The position numbers and the translations under genes are program-made. This document shows positions 20,980-31,956 of a stretch of 64,000 nt of DNA, piece by piece. The notes beneath the pieces are model-generated. The model saw only the letters and a program-made list of their open reading frames with translations. It searched no databases and was not told the origin of the DNA. Position 1 is the stretch's first letter. Each line of letters starts with the position of its first letter. The DNA is from Cytophagales bacterium (GTDB taxonomy: Bacteria > Bacteroidota > Bacteroidia > Cytophagales > Cyclobacteriaceae): positions 94,166-158,165 of the forward strand of contig JAFLBR010000011.1 in assembly GCA_017303795.1 (NCBI GenBank), read 5' to 3'.

Positions 20980-22188
20980 CTAATTTCGTAGCCATTCCTG
21001 CGGGTTGAGGGCATCAAAGTTCTTTCTAATCTGAAACCGAAGCTCGGAAATACCATCTGCATTAGACTGAACTTTACCCAATACCTGATTGGTGGAAACC
21101 GTTTGGCCTTGTTTAACGGTAATGTCTTTAACACCTGTATAGACAGTAAAAAAATCACCATGTTTTACAATGATGGTCATTCCTAATCCGGGGGTTGGTG
21201 AAACTGCGCTCACCTGACCATTAAAGAGAACATGTACTTCTTCGTTGTTACGGGTTTGAATATTCACGCCATCGTTTTGTATAATAATTCCTTTAAGCAC
21301 CGGGTGTGCCTGGCGCCCAAACCCTTGCGATACAAATCCCGACACAGGCCAGGAAAATTTGTTTTTGTTATCCGCAAAGGAAGCCGAGAGGGCAATGGCT
21401 GCTTCAGATACTTCGCGGCCGCTTTTGTTGCGTTCGCGTTCACGGGCTTCGCGGGCTGCTTTTTCCATTTCTTCTTTAATGATTTTTGCAATCAGGTCTT
21501 CCAGTTCGGCAATAGCCTTTCGGGTTGTTTCCAGATCTTTACGCAATTGCTTTTCTTGTTTTTCGAGATTGCGTACTAGCGTGCGCTGCTTTTGCTTCAG
21601 GTTGGTGAGTTGCTGATTTTCTTTCAGCTCTTCATTAAGTAATGTATTTTTTTCGCTTCGCTTTACTTGTGTTACGCGCACCTGCTCTTTTAAGATGCCC
21701 TGTACTTTTTCAATAGCCACGGCCTGATCTTGCCGTGCTTTGCCATACTGCTCCATGTACTTTAGGCGCATCATCATCTGATCGAACGATTGTGCCGAGA
21801 ATAAAAAGGTGAGCTTATCAATTTTGCCACTTGCCTTTTGGGCAGCAAACAACATGGCCGCGTATTCTTCTTTTAATTTTTTGAGATCGCGCTCCAACGC
21901 ATCAATAATCTGATTGTTTTCGCTGATGTCGTAATCCAGCAATGAAACTTCGCCTTGTATAGATTTGATTAATGATTCTTGTTGCAGAATGCGTTGGTTG
22001 AGGGCATTGAGTTCGCCAAGAGAGTTTTTCTTTTGCTCACCGGTTTCGTCCAGAATGCGCTCGGTCTCCTTTATCTTCTCTAAGTTTCGTTGCTTTTCGC
22101 GCTGCAGTTGGGTTTTAGATTTCTGCGCGTGTACTGAAAAACTCAGAACAAAAAATACTGCTAACGCCAGAAGTTTACCTGCGGTCAT
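20980..22188 (-). CDS. Murein hydrolase activator EnvC-like (coiled coil + degenerate M23 domain)
   Basis: Signal peptide, long coiled coil, C-terminal M23 fold (WPVSG, NDGVNI, V..GQ.V...Q.LG) lacking Zn ligands. Confidence 0.88.
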   Translation of the reverse strand: MTAGKLLALAVFFVLSFSVHAQKSKTQLQREKQRNLEKIKETERILDETGEQKKNSLGELNALNQRILQQESLIKSIQGEVSLLDYDISENNQIIDALERDLKKLKEEYAAMLFAAQKASGKIDKLTFLFSAQSFDQMMMRLKYMEQYGKARQDQAVAIEKVQGILKEQVRVTQVKRSEKNTLLNEELKENQQLTNLKQKQRTLVRNLEKQEKQLRKDLETTRKAIAELEDLIAKIIKEEMEKAAREARERERNKSGREVSEAAIALSASFADNKNKFSWPVSGFVSQGFGRQAHPVLKGIIIQNDGVNIQTRNNEEVHVLFNGQVSAVSPTPGLGMTIIVKHGDFFTVYTGVKDITVKQGQTVSTNQVLGKVQSNADGISELRFQIRKNFDALNPQEWLRN

Positions 22189-22930
22189 ATCGCTTGGGGA
22201 TATTGAATGGGAATTTCAATTCCTTATCACCAATTTCTATTTTGTTATACTCGAAAGTAATGGTGTTATTAATTAACCCGGCTGTTGTTTTATAGAATAC
22301 GCTCACCACTCCGTTATACGGCAGGGTTTTCTCGCCTAATGGCTGAAAGTTGTTGTACGCCAGCATGAGCTTATTGTTGGTGTTCGACTCAACCAATTCT
22401 ACTTTCTCGATTTTGCGGATAATCGGATTGATTAAACTTTTAATAGCAACGGAATTCTCATGTTGAATTAACACATCAAAATCACCTTCGCGACCGATCT
22501 CATCGGTTGTTTGTTTTGGCCGCACCATGTTGCCTAACATCGCAGCTTCCAACACGCTGTAATCAATCTTAAAATTGAAACGCTCGGAAAGTTCTTTGTA
22601 ATCAAACACGTAGTACTCTTTATCTACATTGCTTACTACGGTTATGGAATCTTTGTTGATGAGGGCTTTGCCGCCCTGCACACCCACCACCGAAAAGGTC
22701 ATCCAGATAACGCTGTCTTTACGAATGCGGATATTGGCCTTTACTTCGCGCTCGCGCTTGTCATCACGAAATACCATGCGGGCTTTACCGTGCATAAAAC
22801 CGAAGTCAATCTCTTCTATGTCCAGCGATTTGGGGGCCTGGGGTAATGTAACTACAGGTACAGTCTTGCGTTGGCAGGCTTGCAAGAACACAAGCAATGC
22901 CAGTCCAAAAAGTAAAACGAAACTACGCAT
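22175..22930 (-). CDS. DUF4292 family lipoprotein
   Basis: Lipobox LQAC; IRIRKDSVIWM; conserved TPR-DUF4292-envC order. Confidence 0.85.
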   Translation of the reverse strand: MRSFVLLFGLALLVFLQACQRKTVPVVTLPQAPKSLDIEEIDFGFMHGKARMVFRDDKREREVKANIRIRKDSVIWMTFSVVGVQGGKALINKDSITVVSNVDKEYYVFDYKELSERFNFKIDYSVLEAAMLGNMVRPKQTTDEIGREGDFDVLIQHENSVAIKSLINPIIRKIEKVELVESNTNNKLMLAYNNFQPLGEKTLPYNGVVSVFYKTTAGLINNTITFEYNKIEIGDKELKFPFNIPKRYDRR

Positions 22931-22950
22931 GCACAAAAATTAAAGCCACG

Positions 22951-22958
22951 CAAAGGTA
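22951..22958 (-). promoter_or_regulatory. -7 promoter element (TACCTTTG) for DUF4292-envC
   Basis: Exact TAnnTTTG 20 nt upstream of ATG 22930. Confidence 0.55.
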
Positions 22959-22960
22959 AA

Positions 22961-24733
22961 TTAATTTAGCCTTCGGTTGTTAATTTTTTTATCCAGCCGG
23001 GTATGGTCGGCACTTGATTCGCGAGCCTTTTGCCATTGTTTTACAGCATTATCTACCTCGCCCAGCTTAAAAAGGATGTCGCCATAATGTTCCCAATGGG
23101 TGGATGAAACCTGCGCGCCCTGCACCACTTTCTCAATAACCTTGCGAGCTTCTTTATATTTTTCCTGTGCAAACAGTACCCAGGCATACGTATCGAGGTA
23201 AGATGAATTGTTGGGAAATGCTTTTACAAGTTGAGCGGCCATCTTATCGGCTTTGTCCAGATTTTCTTTGCGAAGGGCTAAGTAATAACTGTAGTTATTC
23301 AAAACAATATCGTTGTTGGGATTATAGGCCAGGGCTTCTTCATAAGCTTTGTCCGACTTAGCATAATCCTTGGCGCCATTGTAACAATCGCCCAACATGG
23401 TATTCAAATCGTTTACAAAGGCTGGGTTGGAAGTGCTGAGCCTTTTGGCTTGCTCAAATGCGTAAGCAGCTTCGCGATATTGTTTCTTTTTCAATAACCC
23501 AAAACCATTAAAATAATAAACCATACTTTGATTGGGAAACAACTCAAGGGCTTGTTCAGCATGATGTATCAGGCTGTCTAACTGATTGACTTGCGACTCC
23601 AGGTAAAGCAGGTTTTGCCAGGCTTCATAATTGCCGGTTCCGTTTTGTATAGCTTGTCTGTATTTTACCAAAGCCTCTTCATCGCGATTCAGAGCCATAT
23701 ATAAATCACCACTTACTATGTATACATTGGCATCGCGGGTATAGTCCGCTTCCAGTTTTTCTATCAGTTGAAGTACAAACTTTTCCATTGCCGGGTTGGG
23801 TGCAGCCTTCTGCGTAAGCGTGGCACTGTATGTACTTACCATAAGTAGTTTGCTATCCAGATTTACCTGTGGATCTTGAATGACATCTAATACATATTGT
23901 TGAGATTTTTCTTCCTGCCCATTATCGCGGTAAAGCCCGGCAAGCAACATTTTTACAGTACCAGCTTCTGAATTTTCTTGCAAATATTTTTCGAGCATGG
24001 AAATAGCCTTGGTGCGATCTCCGGTTTGGGCCAGTAGTTCGGCATACGCCATCATAAACCGTGGTTCCTCCAGGTAGGCGTTGGCAAGTTTTTCACCTTC
24101 GGCCAGAGCATCGGCAATTTTGCCTTTATCTAAATAGATGCGTTGCTTTTGTTGCGATGAAATTTCGTTTACACCTAATACACTCTCCGCGCGGTTGTAG
24201 GTTTTAAGTGCATCTTCTTCACGTTTACTGTACACATAAAGGGCGGCCAGATCGAACAGATGTTCTTCGGTGCCCTTTATTTCTTTCATCATGGTTTCTA
24301 GGGCGGCAGTGGCTTTATCCAGGTTATTAAGGCTGGCATAAATGTTAGAAGCCAATAAATAGAAGTATTTGTTTTTCTTTTCGAGTCGTAATGCATTTTC
24401 AATGCTCATGGCCGCTTGCCGCTGATCTTCGTCTTTTACACCCTTGGCCCACACTTCGGCAATTTTATAATGCACGGTTGCATTTTCAGGTGTAAGCTCT
24501 GCTGCTTTTTGGAAATACAATAATGCTTTCGAGTAATCTTCTAACACAAAAAACTTCTGTCCTTCCGTAAATACAAATTCAGACTCGCGCTGCCGCGCAC
24601 CTTCTGATTTTACTTCAGGTCTGCGTTTTTGTGCAAGGGATAGCTGAAATGAAACAACCAAACACACTAACAAACAATATGTACGAACGTATTTCAAAAA
24701 CTTAAATTTAGATTCGTGTATAATCTCCGGCAT
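22961..24733 (-). CDS. Tetratricopeptide repeat protein (exported)
   Basis: Multiple TPRs; LNNYSYYL and YLDTYAWV motifs; start codon uncertain. Confidence 0.88.
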   Translation of the reverse strand: MPEIIHESKFKFLKYVRTYCLLVCLVVSFQLSLAQKRRPEVKSEGARQRESEFVFTEGQKFFVLEDYSKALLYFQKAAELTPENATVHYKIAEVWAKGVKDEDQRQAAMSIENALRLEKKNKYFYLLASNIYASLNNLDKATAALETMMKEIKGTEEHLFDLAALYVYSKREEDALKTYNRAESVLGVNEISSQQKQRIYLDKGKIADALAEGEKLANAYLEEPRFMMAYAELLAQTGDRTKAISMLEKYLQENSEAGTVKMLLAGLYRDNGQEEKSQQYVLDVIQDPQVNLDSKLLMVSTYSATLTQKAAPNPAMEKFVLQLIEKLEADYTRDANVYIVSGDLYMALNRDEEALVKYRQAIQNGTGNYEAWQNLLYLESQVNQLDSLIHHAEQALELFPNQSMVYYFNGFGLLKKKQYREAAYAFEQAKRLSTSNPAFVNDLNTMLGDCYNGAKDYAKSDKAYEEALAYNPNNDIVLNNYSYYLALRKENLDKADKMAAQLVKAFPNNSSYLDTYAWVLFAQEKYKEARKVIEKVVQGAQVSSTHWEHYGDILFKLGEVDNAVKQWQKARESSADHTRLDKKINNRRLN

Positions 24734-25709
24734 CTACATCCGCGGCAGCGCCATTAAAACTAACGAAATTACCCAGCAGACTATTTTTCATTACTACTCC
24801 GCTAAGCATACAATTTTTTTGCACAATTGAATTACTGATGCGTGAATCGGAAATTTTTGTTTCGGCACCAATAGAAACGTGCGGGCCAATTACGGAGTTT
24901 TCTATTATTACACAATCGGCAATAAACACGGGCTGTATTACTATCGTGTTCTTTAGAGTAGCCTTATCGGAAACCAGTTTCTGATCTTTAATAAACTCGA
25001 GGTAGCGTTGATTGGTTTGCACCATGTTGTCTTTATTACCACAATCGAGCCACTCCTGCACCTGGCCGGGAACAAACTTTGCGCCCTTCTTCTTCATGTT
25101 TTCAAGGGCAGTCGTAAACTGATATTCACCTTTTTCTTTTATGTCATTATCCAAGAGGTATTGCATTTCGGTACGCAACTTCTCGCCATGTTTAAAGAAG
25201 TAGATACCAATAATGGCCAGATCGGAAACAAATGTGGTTGGCTTTTCTATCAACTCGGTAATTTCACCTTGTTCATTTAATTTAACTACACCAAACTGCG
25301 CGGGGTTTTCTACTTGCTGCACCCAGATGGTGCCATCTTTGTTGGTATCAAGTTTAAAATCCGCCCGGAACAGTGTATCAGCAAAAGCTACAATTACTTT
25401 TCCTTCAAATAATTCTTTCGCAAACAACAAAGCATGCGATATGCCCATAGCTTGTTCCTGATAATAGATTTTACCTTCGGCACCTACCGCTTTCGCTACA
25501 GCTTTTAAATCTTCTTCTACCTGTTTGCCAAATGAAGGATGCACAATAAACCCGATATAATTTATTTTCTCAGGACACACGCGTGCAATGTCTTCTACCA
25601 AACGATGCACAATAGGTTTGCCTGCAATGGGCAATAAAGGTTTGGCGGTTGTGAGTGTGTGCGGGCGCAGGCGCTTGCCTAAGCCAGCCATAGGTATAAT
25701 AATGTTCAT
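24708..25709 (-). CDS. Sugar-phosphate nucleotidyltransferase
   Basis: PMAGLGKRLRPHT...KPLL.IAGKPI; WLDCG; C-terminal hexapeptide-like repeats. Confidence 0.9.
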   Translation of the reverse strand: MNIIIPMAGLGKRLRPHTLTTAKPLLPIAGKPIVHRLVEDIARVCPEKINYIGFIVHPSFGKQVEEDLKAVAKAVGAEGKIYYQEQAMGISHALLFAKELFEGKVIVAFADTLFRADFKLDTNKDGTIWVQQVENPAQFGVVKLNEQGEITELIEKPTTFVSDLAIIGIYFFKHGEKLRTEMQYLLDNDIKEKGEYQFTTALENMKKKGAKFVPGQVQEWLDCGNKDNMVQTNQRYLEFIKDQKLVSDKATLKNTIVIQPVFIADCVIIENSVIGPHVSIGAETKISDSRISNSIVQKNCMLSGVVMKNSLLGNFVSFNGAAADVDAGDYTRI

Positions 25710-25733
25710 AGTAGTGTGTGAAGGGTAAATCTA

Positions 25734-27182
25734 CTAAAATTCTGAATGGGTAGATTGGGTCAGATTCTTCTTTTCTATCCAATACACCAACCCTACAAAG
25801 GCGATAATAACAACAACATGAAAGCCAGTTGCCAGCCATTGGCTATCGAATTTGACTCTATTTATAAAAGAAATCAAAGCTCCTGTAAATACGATGTAGC
25901 CTATATCACGCGACATCCAATACGGAATGGGATAATATTTCTGACCTAATGCGAAGCAAATGGCAGCCATTGCGGCATAACACGCTACCGCAGCCATGGC
26001 GCTACCCATAAAGCCGGCAACAGGTATAAGAAAATAATTTCCGGCCACGGTAATAACTGCACCAATTATAGTAATAATGGTACCGTAATGTGTTTTATCG
26101 GTGAGCTTAAACCAAACACTGAAATTGTAGTACATTCCTAAAAACAAATAGGCCAGCAAAAGCACCGGCACAATGTTTAAACCTAACCAGAAATTTTCCC
26201 CGATAATGTATTTCAGTATATCGAGGTTAATGCTAATGCTTAACCACACCAAACAACAGGCGATTACAAAAAAATGGTTTACCTGCGCAAACAGCTTTGG
26301 TGAATTTTTGTCTTGTGCGTTGGAAAAAAAGAAAGGCTCGGCTGCGTACCGAAAGGCTTGAATACCCAGATTCATAAACACCGCAAACTTATACACGGCA
26401 CCAAAAATTCCACCGGCATCTTTTTGCGAAACCCCGTCATAAAAATTTTTGGGTAGCCACCAATCCAGCATACTGCGCGAAAACATTTCGTTTACCATTC
26501 CGGCAAGGCCCGTTATCATTACCGGGTATGCGTACTGAAACATTTGTGGTGAAATGGATTTATCCCACACGGGCCGCCACGCTAAAAGTGTTTTAATAAA
26601 AAAAACAATAAAGAGTGCGTTGGCGATTAACGTGGCCAGAAAAACATAGCCTACACCAATGGCCGGATCGTAACTAAATTTCAGAAAATAATAATTAAGG
26701 CCCAGTACAATAGCTACGTTTAGAATTTTAGCTGTTGCAAACTGAAATGCTTTTTTCTGCAAGCGCAGTTGCGCAAATGGAATGGCAACCAGTGCATCAA
26801 TAAACATGGTAATAACCAGCCACGTAATAAACTGCGAATTACTTGCCTGCAGTGCGGAGGAAATAGGTACTGCGCCTAATAACATCAATAGCGTTAACGA
26901 TCCGCTTATCGCGATAACGCTGGTTTGCGCCAGGTTAAAAATTCGTTTGGGGTCGGCTCCTGGTTTGTTGGCAAACCGGAAGTAAGCGGTTTCCATTCCA
27001 AACATATAGATGATGTTAACCACGGCTACATATGCATAGAGTTTGGTTAGTTCGCCATACTCTGCTTCGCTAAACATATTAATGGTGTGCAGTGGTACCT
27101 GCAGGAAATTAATCATGCGCGGCACAATACTACCTAAGCCATAGAGGGCAGTTTCGCCAGCAAGTCGTTTTAGTTTACTCAC
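25734..27182 (-). CDS. Polysaccharide/oligosaccharide flippase (Wzx/MATE-like)
   Basis: LAGETALYGL start, YMFGMETAYFRF, many TM segments, QAFRYAAEPFFF. Confidence 0.88.
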   Translation of the reverse strand: MSKLKRLAGETALYGLGSIVPRMINFLQVPLHTINMFSEAEYGELTKLYAYVAVVNIIYMFGMETAYFRFANKPGADPKRIFNLAQTSVIAISGSLTLLMLLGAVPISSALQASNSQFITWLVITMFIDALVAIPFAQLRLQKKAFQFATAKILNVAIVLGLNYYFLKFSYDPAIGVGYVFLATLIANALFIVFFIKTLLAWRPVWDKSISPQMFQYAYPVMITGLAGMVNEMFSRSMLDWWLPKNFYDGVSQKDAGGIFGAVYKFAVFMNLGIQAFRYAAEPFFFSNAQDKNSPKLFAQVNHFFVIACCLVWLSISINLDILKYIIGENFWLGLNIVPVLLLAYLFLGMYYNFSVWFKLTDKTHYGTIITIIGAVITVAGNYFLIPVAGFMGSAMAAVACYAAMAAICFALGQKYYPIPYWMSRDIGYIVFTGALISFINRVKFDSQWLATGFHVVVIIAFVGLVYWIEKKNLTQSTHSEF

Positions 27183-27203
27183 CCTATAAAATTAAGAATT
27201 GAA

Positions 27204-28163
27204 TCAAGAAATCAATTCGGGGTGCTTCACCAAATTCTCCAGAATATCTTTTGTCATTTCTTCCAGTCCAAACTGATGCTTCCAATCCCAATCGTGGCGG
27301 GCAGGCGAATCGTCAATTGATTTTGGCCACGAGTCGGCAATGGCTTGCCGGAAATCCGGTTTATACGAAATCTCAAACTCAGGAATATGCTTCTTAATAG
27401 TGGCGGCAACTTGTGCCGGACAAAAGCTCATCGCACCTATGTTATAGCTGGAGCGGATTTTTACTTTTTCAGCCGGAGCCTCCATTAAATCCAAGGTAGC
27501 TTTTACGGCATCGTCCATGTACATCATGGGCAGATACGTATCAGCAGCAAGAAAACATTCATATTTTTTTTCTTTGATGGCTTTGAAATATATATCCACG
27601 GCATAATCGGTAGTGCCGCCACCGGGTGGGGTTTTATATCCAATCAATCCCGGATAACGAAGGCTTCGCACATCCACACCATACCGTCTGAAATAATATT
27701 CGCACCATAATTCGCCCGCCAGTTTGGTAATGCCATACACCGTGGTAGGATCCATAATAGTATCCTGAGGTGTATTTTGTTTAGGCGTAGTTGGGCCAAA
27801 CGCAGCGATTGAACTTGGCCAATACACTTTGTGCAGTTTTAATTCGTGGGCAGCTTCCAACACAAAGAGTAAACTCTCCATGTTTAACTTCCATGCCCAG
27901 CGCGGATCTTTTTCGCCTGTGGCCGAAAGCAATGCAGCCAAATGATAAACCTGGGTAATATCGTGCTTACGCAGAAGTTCAAACAATCGGTCCCGTTGAA
28001 GAACATCAAACTTTTCGTATGGACCTTCTTTTAAAATGCCTTGCGCATCTTTAATGTCCGATGCGATAACGTTTTCCTGGCCGTATATTTTCCAAAGACC
28101 TTGTGTGAGTTCAGAACCTAATTGCCCTCCGGCACCAATCAGCAGAATCTTGGTTTTCTTCAT
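27204..28163 (-). CDS. SDR/GalE-type L-threonine 3-dehydrogenase (NAD-dependent epimerase family)
   Basis: Likely start MKKTKILLIGAGGQLG (ATG 28163); LSATGE, YGITK, LRYPG, PGGGTTDYA; kbl nearby. Confidence 0.85.
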   Translation of the reverse strand: MKKTKILLIGAGGQLGSELTQGLWKIYGQENVIASDIKDAQGILKEGPYEKFDVLQRDRLFELLRKHDITQVYHLAALLSATGEKDPRWAWKLNMESLLFVLEAAHELKLHKVYWPSSIAAFGPTTPKQNTPQDTIMDPTTVYGITKLAGELWCEYYFRRYGVDVRSLRYPGLIGYKTPPGGGTTDYAVDIYFKAIKEKKYECFLAADTYLPMMYMDDAVKATLDLMEAPAEKVKIRSSYNIGAMSFCPAQVAATIKKHIPEFEISYKPDFRQAIADSWPKSIDDSPARHDWDWKHQFGLEEMTKDILENLVKHPELIS

Positions 28164-28191
28164 AAGTAAATTAACGGTGCGAAGATATAAA

Positions 28192-28217
28192 AAGTCCTCC
28201 GAGTTAGCGGAGGACTT
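28192..28217 (-). terminator. Intrinsic terminator of the CocE/NonD gene
   Basis: AAGTCCTCCG/CGGAGGACTT 10-bp stem followed by T-run on minus strand. Confidence 0.7.
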
Positions 28218-28230
28218 AAACTTTGACTTT

Positions 28231-28276
28231 AGTCGTCTGACGGCTGTTTGCTGAAGCATAGAGCCGTCTGACGACT
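28231..28276. repeat. REP-like inverted repeat
   Basis: AGTCGTCTGACGGCT (28231-28245) vs AGCCGTCTGACGACT (28262-28276), 15-bp IR with one mismatch. Confidence 0.6.
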
Positions 28277-28279
28277 TCG

Positions 28280-30151
28280 CTATTTCTTCACCTTCACAAT
28301 CGGCAGTTTAATGCTGCTGGGATATTGCGAGGAGTGATGTATTTTATTATGCGCCACTTTTGCTTCCGATTCATCATAATTTTTTCCACCGGTGTTCAGG
28401 TTGCGATCGAAGCGTGGAAAATTACTGCTCGACACTTCAATGCGAATGCGATGGCCTTTCTCAAAATAGTTGCTGGTACTCATCGGTGTTAAATCCACTT
28501 TATAAACTTTGCCCGCCTCCATAAACACTTCTTTATCGTAGCCTTCGCGGTAACGCACCCGTTGAATGGTTTCATCTAAGTTATAGGCTGTGCCATCGGG
28601 GTACACATCAATCAGTTTAATGGTTACATCGGTATCTTTTACATCCGATGACAGATACAAGGTTGATTCAATAAAACCACTTACTTCAACACCTTCGGCA
28701 AAAGGTTCTGTTGTATAAACCAGAATGTCTTCGCGTTTTTCCATCTCTTGCTGATCGAACGCGCCACCTTGCACCGCATTGCCCGTACAGCACACATTGC
28801 CGCCATGCGAAGTAACCGGATTCATCGGATCATACGTAAATGCATCGGGATTATCTTTGGATGGTTTTTTCGAAACTAATTTTCCATCACCATTTAAAGT
28901 ATTGGCTTTGCCTTTACTCTCTAAGTAATAAGGTGTCATTACGGTGTTGGCTGGTGGCCATACGTCAGACGTTTGCCATTTATTTGCACCCATGGTATAA
29001 TAACGTACGCGCGGCATTTCTTTAAACGCTTCGCCTTTTAACCAATGATCAAACCAACCTGTAATCAACTCATCATAATTCAGGCGGGCATCGCCAACAC
29101 TTCTCTGGCCTACTACGGTGTTTTCGGTAGCGCGTGTATAAGCACAATGTAAAGTGGGTGCTATAACCAAATACTGGCTGTCGCGTACCTTGGGGTCTTT
29201 GGCATTTTTGCGTACGTGATTAAACAGTTCAATGTTGGGGCTTGATGAAACATCGTACCACGATACAAACCAGAAACTGGGTGTATTAAATGGCATGTCG
29301 TCATGATACAAGCCACCTTCAAACCATGCTTTATCGTTTGGTGTGCGTCTGATCATTTTTTCATAAGCACCTACCGGGCCATCCACAGCTTTAATAATAT
29401 CCTGCACAGGCAAATGACTCAGTCCTTCTTTCCAATCTACTTTAGGATAGCGGGGCGCCATATCATAAAACTTTTGAATGCGCTGTAAATCTTCCTGACT
29501 TACATTCTTGGGTAGGTTAGGCTTGGCCACATCGTGTTGTGTACCATAAAGCCAAGCGGTAAAAAGCATTTGTCCCGCACCACCGCGGTACCAGTTGCCT
29601 TGTTCGTTGAATTTGCCTACGCGACCAACACCGGCACCATAACCTTGCGGCACCATAGCGGCTAAGGCCGGATGTTCCAATGATGCTACAGCCATTTGCC
29701 ACTCGGCCGTTGAGGAACAACCCAATAAACCGATTTTGCCATTGCTCCAGGCTTGCTTCGACATCCATTCGAATGCATCGTAACCATCGGTAAGCGGAGT
29801 GCCGAGAATATCCCACTCGCCTTCGCTGAAGAACCGGCCCCGTTCATTTTGCACTACGTATGCATAACCTTTGTTTACCATATCGAGCGCAGTTTGTAAA
29901 GCGCGGGTTACCAACTCGCCATCGCGGTAGCTGTTAAAGTTGTAGGGCGTGCGCGAAAAAATAATCGGGTACTTGCCATTGCCTTTTGGGCGATAAATGT
30001 CTGTGGAAAGCCGGATGCCATCACGCATGGGCATCATTACTTTCTGATCGACCACCGCAACTTTTTTTAGTTGCTCTAAAATGTTTTCCTTTTCCTGCGT
30101 ATAGCCCGCTACCGAAAGTAGCATGACTATAAAGAGCATTTTTAGTTTCAT
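28280..30151 (-). CDS. CocE/NonD family serine hydrolase (X-Pro dipeptidyl-peptidase S15 fold)
   Basis: Signal peptide; [31 protein letters not shown] nucleophile elbow, [16 protein letters not shown]. Confidence 0.92.
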   Translation of the reverse strand: MKLKMLFIVMLLSVAGYTQEKENILEQLKKVAVVDQKVMMPMRDGIRLSTDIYRPKGNGKYPIIFSRTPYNFNSYRDGELVTRALQTALDMVNKGYAYVVQNERGRFFSEGEWDILGTPLTDGYDAFEWMSKQAWSNGKIGLLGCSSTAEWQMAVASLEHPALAAMVPQGYGAGVGRVGKFNEQGNWYRGGAGQMLFTAWLYGTQHDVAKPNLPKNVSQEDLQRIQKFYDMAPRYPKVDWKEGLSHLPVQDIIKAVDGPVGAYEKMIRRTPNDKAWFEGGLYHDDMPFNTPSFWFVSWYDVSSSPNIELFNHVRKNAKDPKVRDSQYLVIAPTLHCAYTRATENTVVGQRSVGDARLNYDELITGWFDHWLKGEAFKEMPRVRYYTMGANKWQTSDVWPPANTVMTPYYLESKGKANTLNGDGKLVSKKPSKDNPDAFTYDPMNPVTSHGGNVCCTGNAVQGGAFDQQEMEKREDILVYTTEPFAEGVEVSGFIESTLYLSSDVKDTDVTIKLIDVYPDGTAYNLDETIQRVRYREGYDKEVFMEAGKVYKVDLTPMSTSNYFEKGHRIRIEVSSSNFPRFDRNLNTGGKNYDESEAKVAHNKIHHSSQYPSSIKLPIVKVKK

Positions 30152-30260
30152 AAACACGAATTAATTTGAGAGGTAAGGTATGCAATTGATAAGCAGTTGT
30201 GGCCAAATAAATTATGATCGGTAATTGACAGGTTTAAACCCTGCCTCGCTTAAATTTTTA

Positions 30261-30268
30261 TAGTTTTG
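30261..30268 (+). promoter_or_regulatory. -7 promoter element (TAGTTTTG) about 220 nt upstream of the hypothetical-kbl unit
   Basis: Exact TAnnTTTG. Confidence 0.5.
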
Positions 30269-30399
30269 CTAACCTCAACAAGTCAGCTTTAATTTTTGCT
30301 TATTGGATTCGTAATTTGATTACTCAAATAGCTTTCGAAGCTCAAGTGCGTTGGCCCGACAAAAAGGCGAGGGTGTGGAGGCAATCGCGTGGAAGCATC

Positions 30400-30452
30400 T
30401 TTTTGTCTTGACTTTTTTTGGGTACTTTTTTGTGTCAAGACAAAAAAGTACC
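30400..30452 (+). other. Interlocking hairpin / pseudoknot-capable element (possible ncRNA motif or MITE end)
   Basis: Stem A 30400-30412/30434-30446 (13 bp) and stem B 30421-30432/30441-30452 (12 bp), both perfect and interleaved. Confidence 0.55.
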
Positions 30453-30489
30453 AACAGAAAATTGGAAGATATTTTAAATTGTATTGCGA

Positions 30490-30738
30490 ATGACTTTCAC
30501 AGAATACCTGATCAGCAAAAAAATAGACGGAGCCACCTTTCAGGCTGCAGAACCAGCTTTATGGAATGAGTGGAACAAACTCTTTGAGCAGATGAGCCCG
30601 GCCAGCTTTACTTCGCAAAAGCTTTATCTTATCAATCCAATCCGCAGAAAATACCAGCTAAAAGTGGAGGCATCAGAAACACCAAAGCCTGTTGTTGCCG
30701 CTAAGCCTGTTATGAAACCCAAACCAAAAATTAACTAA
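30490..30738 (+). CDS. Small hypothetical protein
   Basis: MTFTEYLISKKID...FEQMSPASFTSQKLYLINPIRRKY; Pro/Lys tail; 3 nt before kbl. Confidence 0.7.
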   Translation: MTFTEYLISKKIDGATFQAAEPALWNEWNKLFEQMSPASFTSQKLYLINPIRRKYQLKVEASETPKPVVAAKPVMKPKPKIN

Positions 30739-30741
30739 CCC

Positions 30742-31938
30742 ATGTATAAAAGACTTCAACCTGTATTACAAAAAGAATTAGACGCCATTCGCGAAGCCGG
30801 TCTTTTCAAGAAAGAAAGAATTATTACTACCCCACAAGGTGCCGATATAGAAACCAGCGATGGAAAGGAAGTAATTAATTTCTGTGCGAATAACTATCTC
30901 GGACTTTCCTCGCATCCGCGCGTAATTGAAGCAGCCAAACGCGCCATTGATACACATGGCTTTGGTATGTCGTCCGTGCGATTTATTTGTGGTACGCAAG
31001 ACATCCATAAAGAATTGGAAAAAAAGATTTCTGATTTTCTCGGTACGGAAGATACCATTCTATACGCTGCTGCTTTCGATGCCAACGGTGGTGTGTTTGA
31101 ACCCTTGTTGGGCGAGAAGGATGCAATTATTTCAGACGAATTGAATCATGCTTCTATTATTGATGGTGTGCGTTTGTGTAAAGCCATGCGTTATCGCTAC
31201 AAGCATAACGATATGGCCGATTTGAAAACACAATTAGAGGATGCACGCAAAGCCGGAGCGAATCAAATTATGATTGTTACCGATGGTGCCTTTTCAATGG
31301 ATGGCACCATTGCACAGTTAGATAAAATTTGTGATCTGGCCGATCAATACGAAGCATTGGTAATGACAGATGAATGTCACTCTTCTGGGTTTATTGGAAA
31401 AACCGGTCGCGGTGTGCCCGAACATTGTGGGGTGATTGGTCGCGTGGATATTATTACCGGTACGTTGGGTAAAGCGTTGGGTGGTGCATCGGGTGGATTT
31501 ACTTCGGGGCGCAAAGAAATTATTGAAATGCTGCGCCAGCGTTCGCGACCCTATTTATTCTCCAACACGTTGGCACCTTCTATTGTGGGTGCATCCATTG
31601 AAGTATTTAACATGTTATCGGAAACAACCGCTTTGCGCGATAAGCTGGAACAAAGCACAAAGTACTTTCGTGAAAAGATGACAGCTGCCGGTTTTGATAT
31701 AAAACCCGGTGTGCATCCCATTGTGCCGATTATGTTATATGAAGCTCCGCTTGCGCAGAAGTTTGCAGAGCGGTTGCTTGAAAAAGGAATTTATGTAATT
31801 GGATTTTTCTTTCCGGTGGTGGCAAAAGGCAAGGCCCGCATACGCGTACAGATTTCGGCTGCGCACGAACAACATCATTTAGATAAAGCGATAACCGCGT
31901 TTACCGAGGTAGGGAAGGAGTTGGGCGTGTTGAAGTAA
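30742..31938 (+). CDS. kbl: Glycine C-acetyltransferase (2-amino-3-ketobutyrate CoA ligase)
   Basis: [34 protein letters not shown] motif [20 protein letters not shown]. Confidence 0.96.
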   Translation: MYKRLQPVLQKELDAIREAGLFKKERIITTPQGADIETSDGKEVINFCANNYLGLSSHPRVIEAAKRAIDTHGFGMSSVRFICGTQDIHKELEKKISDFLGTEDTILYAAAFDANGGVFEPLLGEKDAIISDELNHASIIDGVRLCKAMRYRYKHNDMADLKTQLEDARKAGANQIMIVTDGAFSMDGTIAQLDKICDLADQYEALVMTDECHSSGFIGKTGRGVPEHCGVIGRVDIITGTLGKALGGASGGFTSGRKEIIEMLRQRSRPYLFSNTLAPSIVGASIEVFNMLSETTALRDKLEQSTKYFREKMTAAGFDIKPGVHPIVPIMLYEAPLAQKFAERLLEKGIYVIGFFFPVVAKGKARIRVQISAAHEQHHLDKAITAFTEVGKELGVLK

Positions 31939-31956
31939 AGTTTTACCTTAGAGATT

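Noticed and set aside
20980-21400. Loss of Zn ligands in the M23 domain
   Set aside because: Normal for EnvC-type amidase activators.
28262-28271. Neisseria-type DNA uptake sequence look-alike (GCCGTCTGAC)
   Set aside because: Differs from GCCGTCTGAA, occurs only within one inverted repeat, and the host is Bacteroidota.
30270-30400. Glycine riboswitch upstream of kbl (also checked before gcvH)
   Set aside because: No GGAGA...CCGAAG-type aptamer core visible by eye; cmscan would be decisive.
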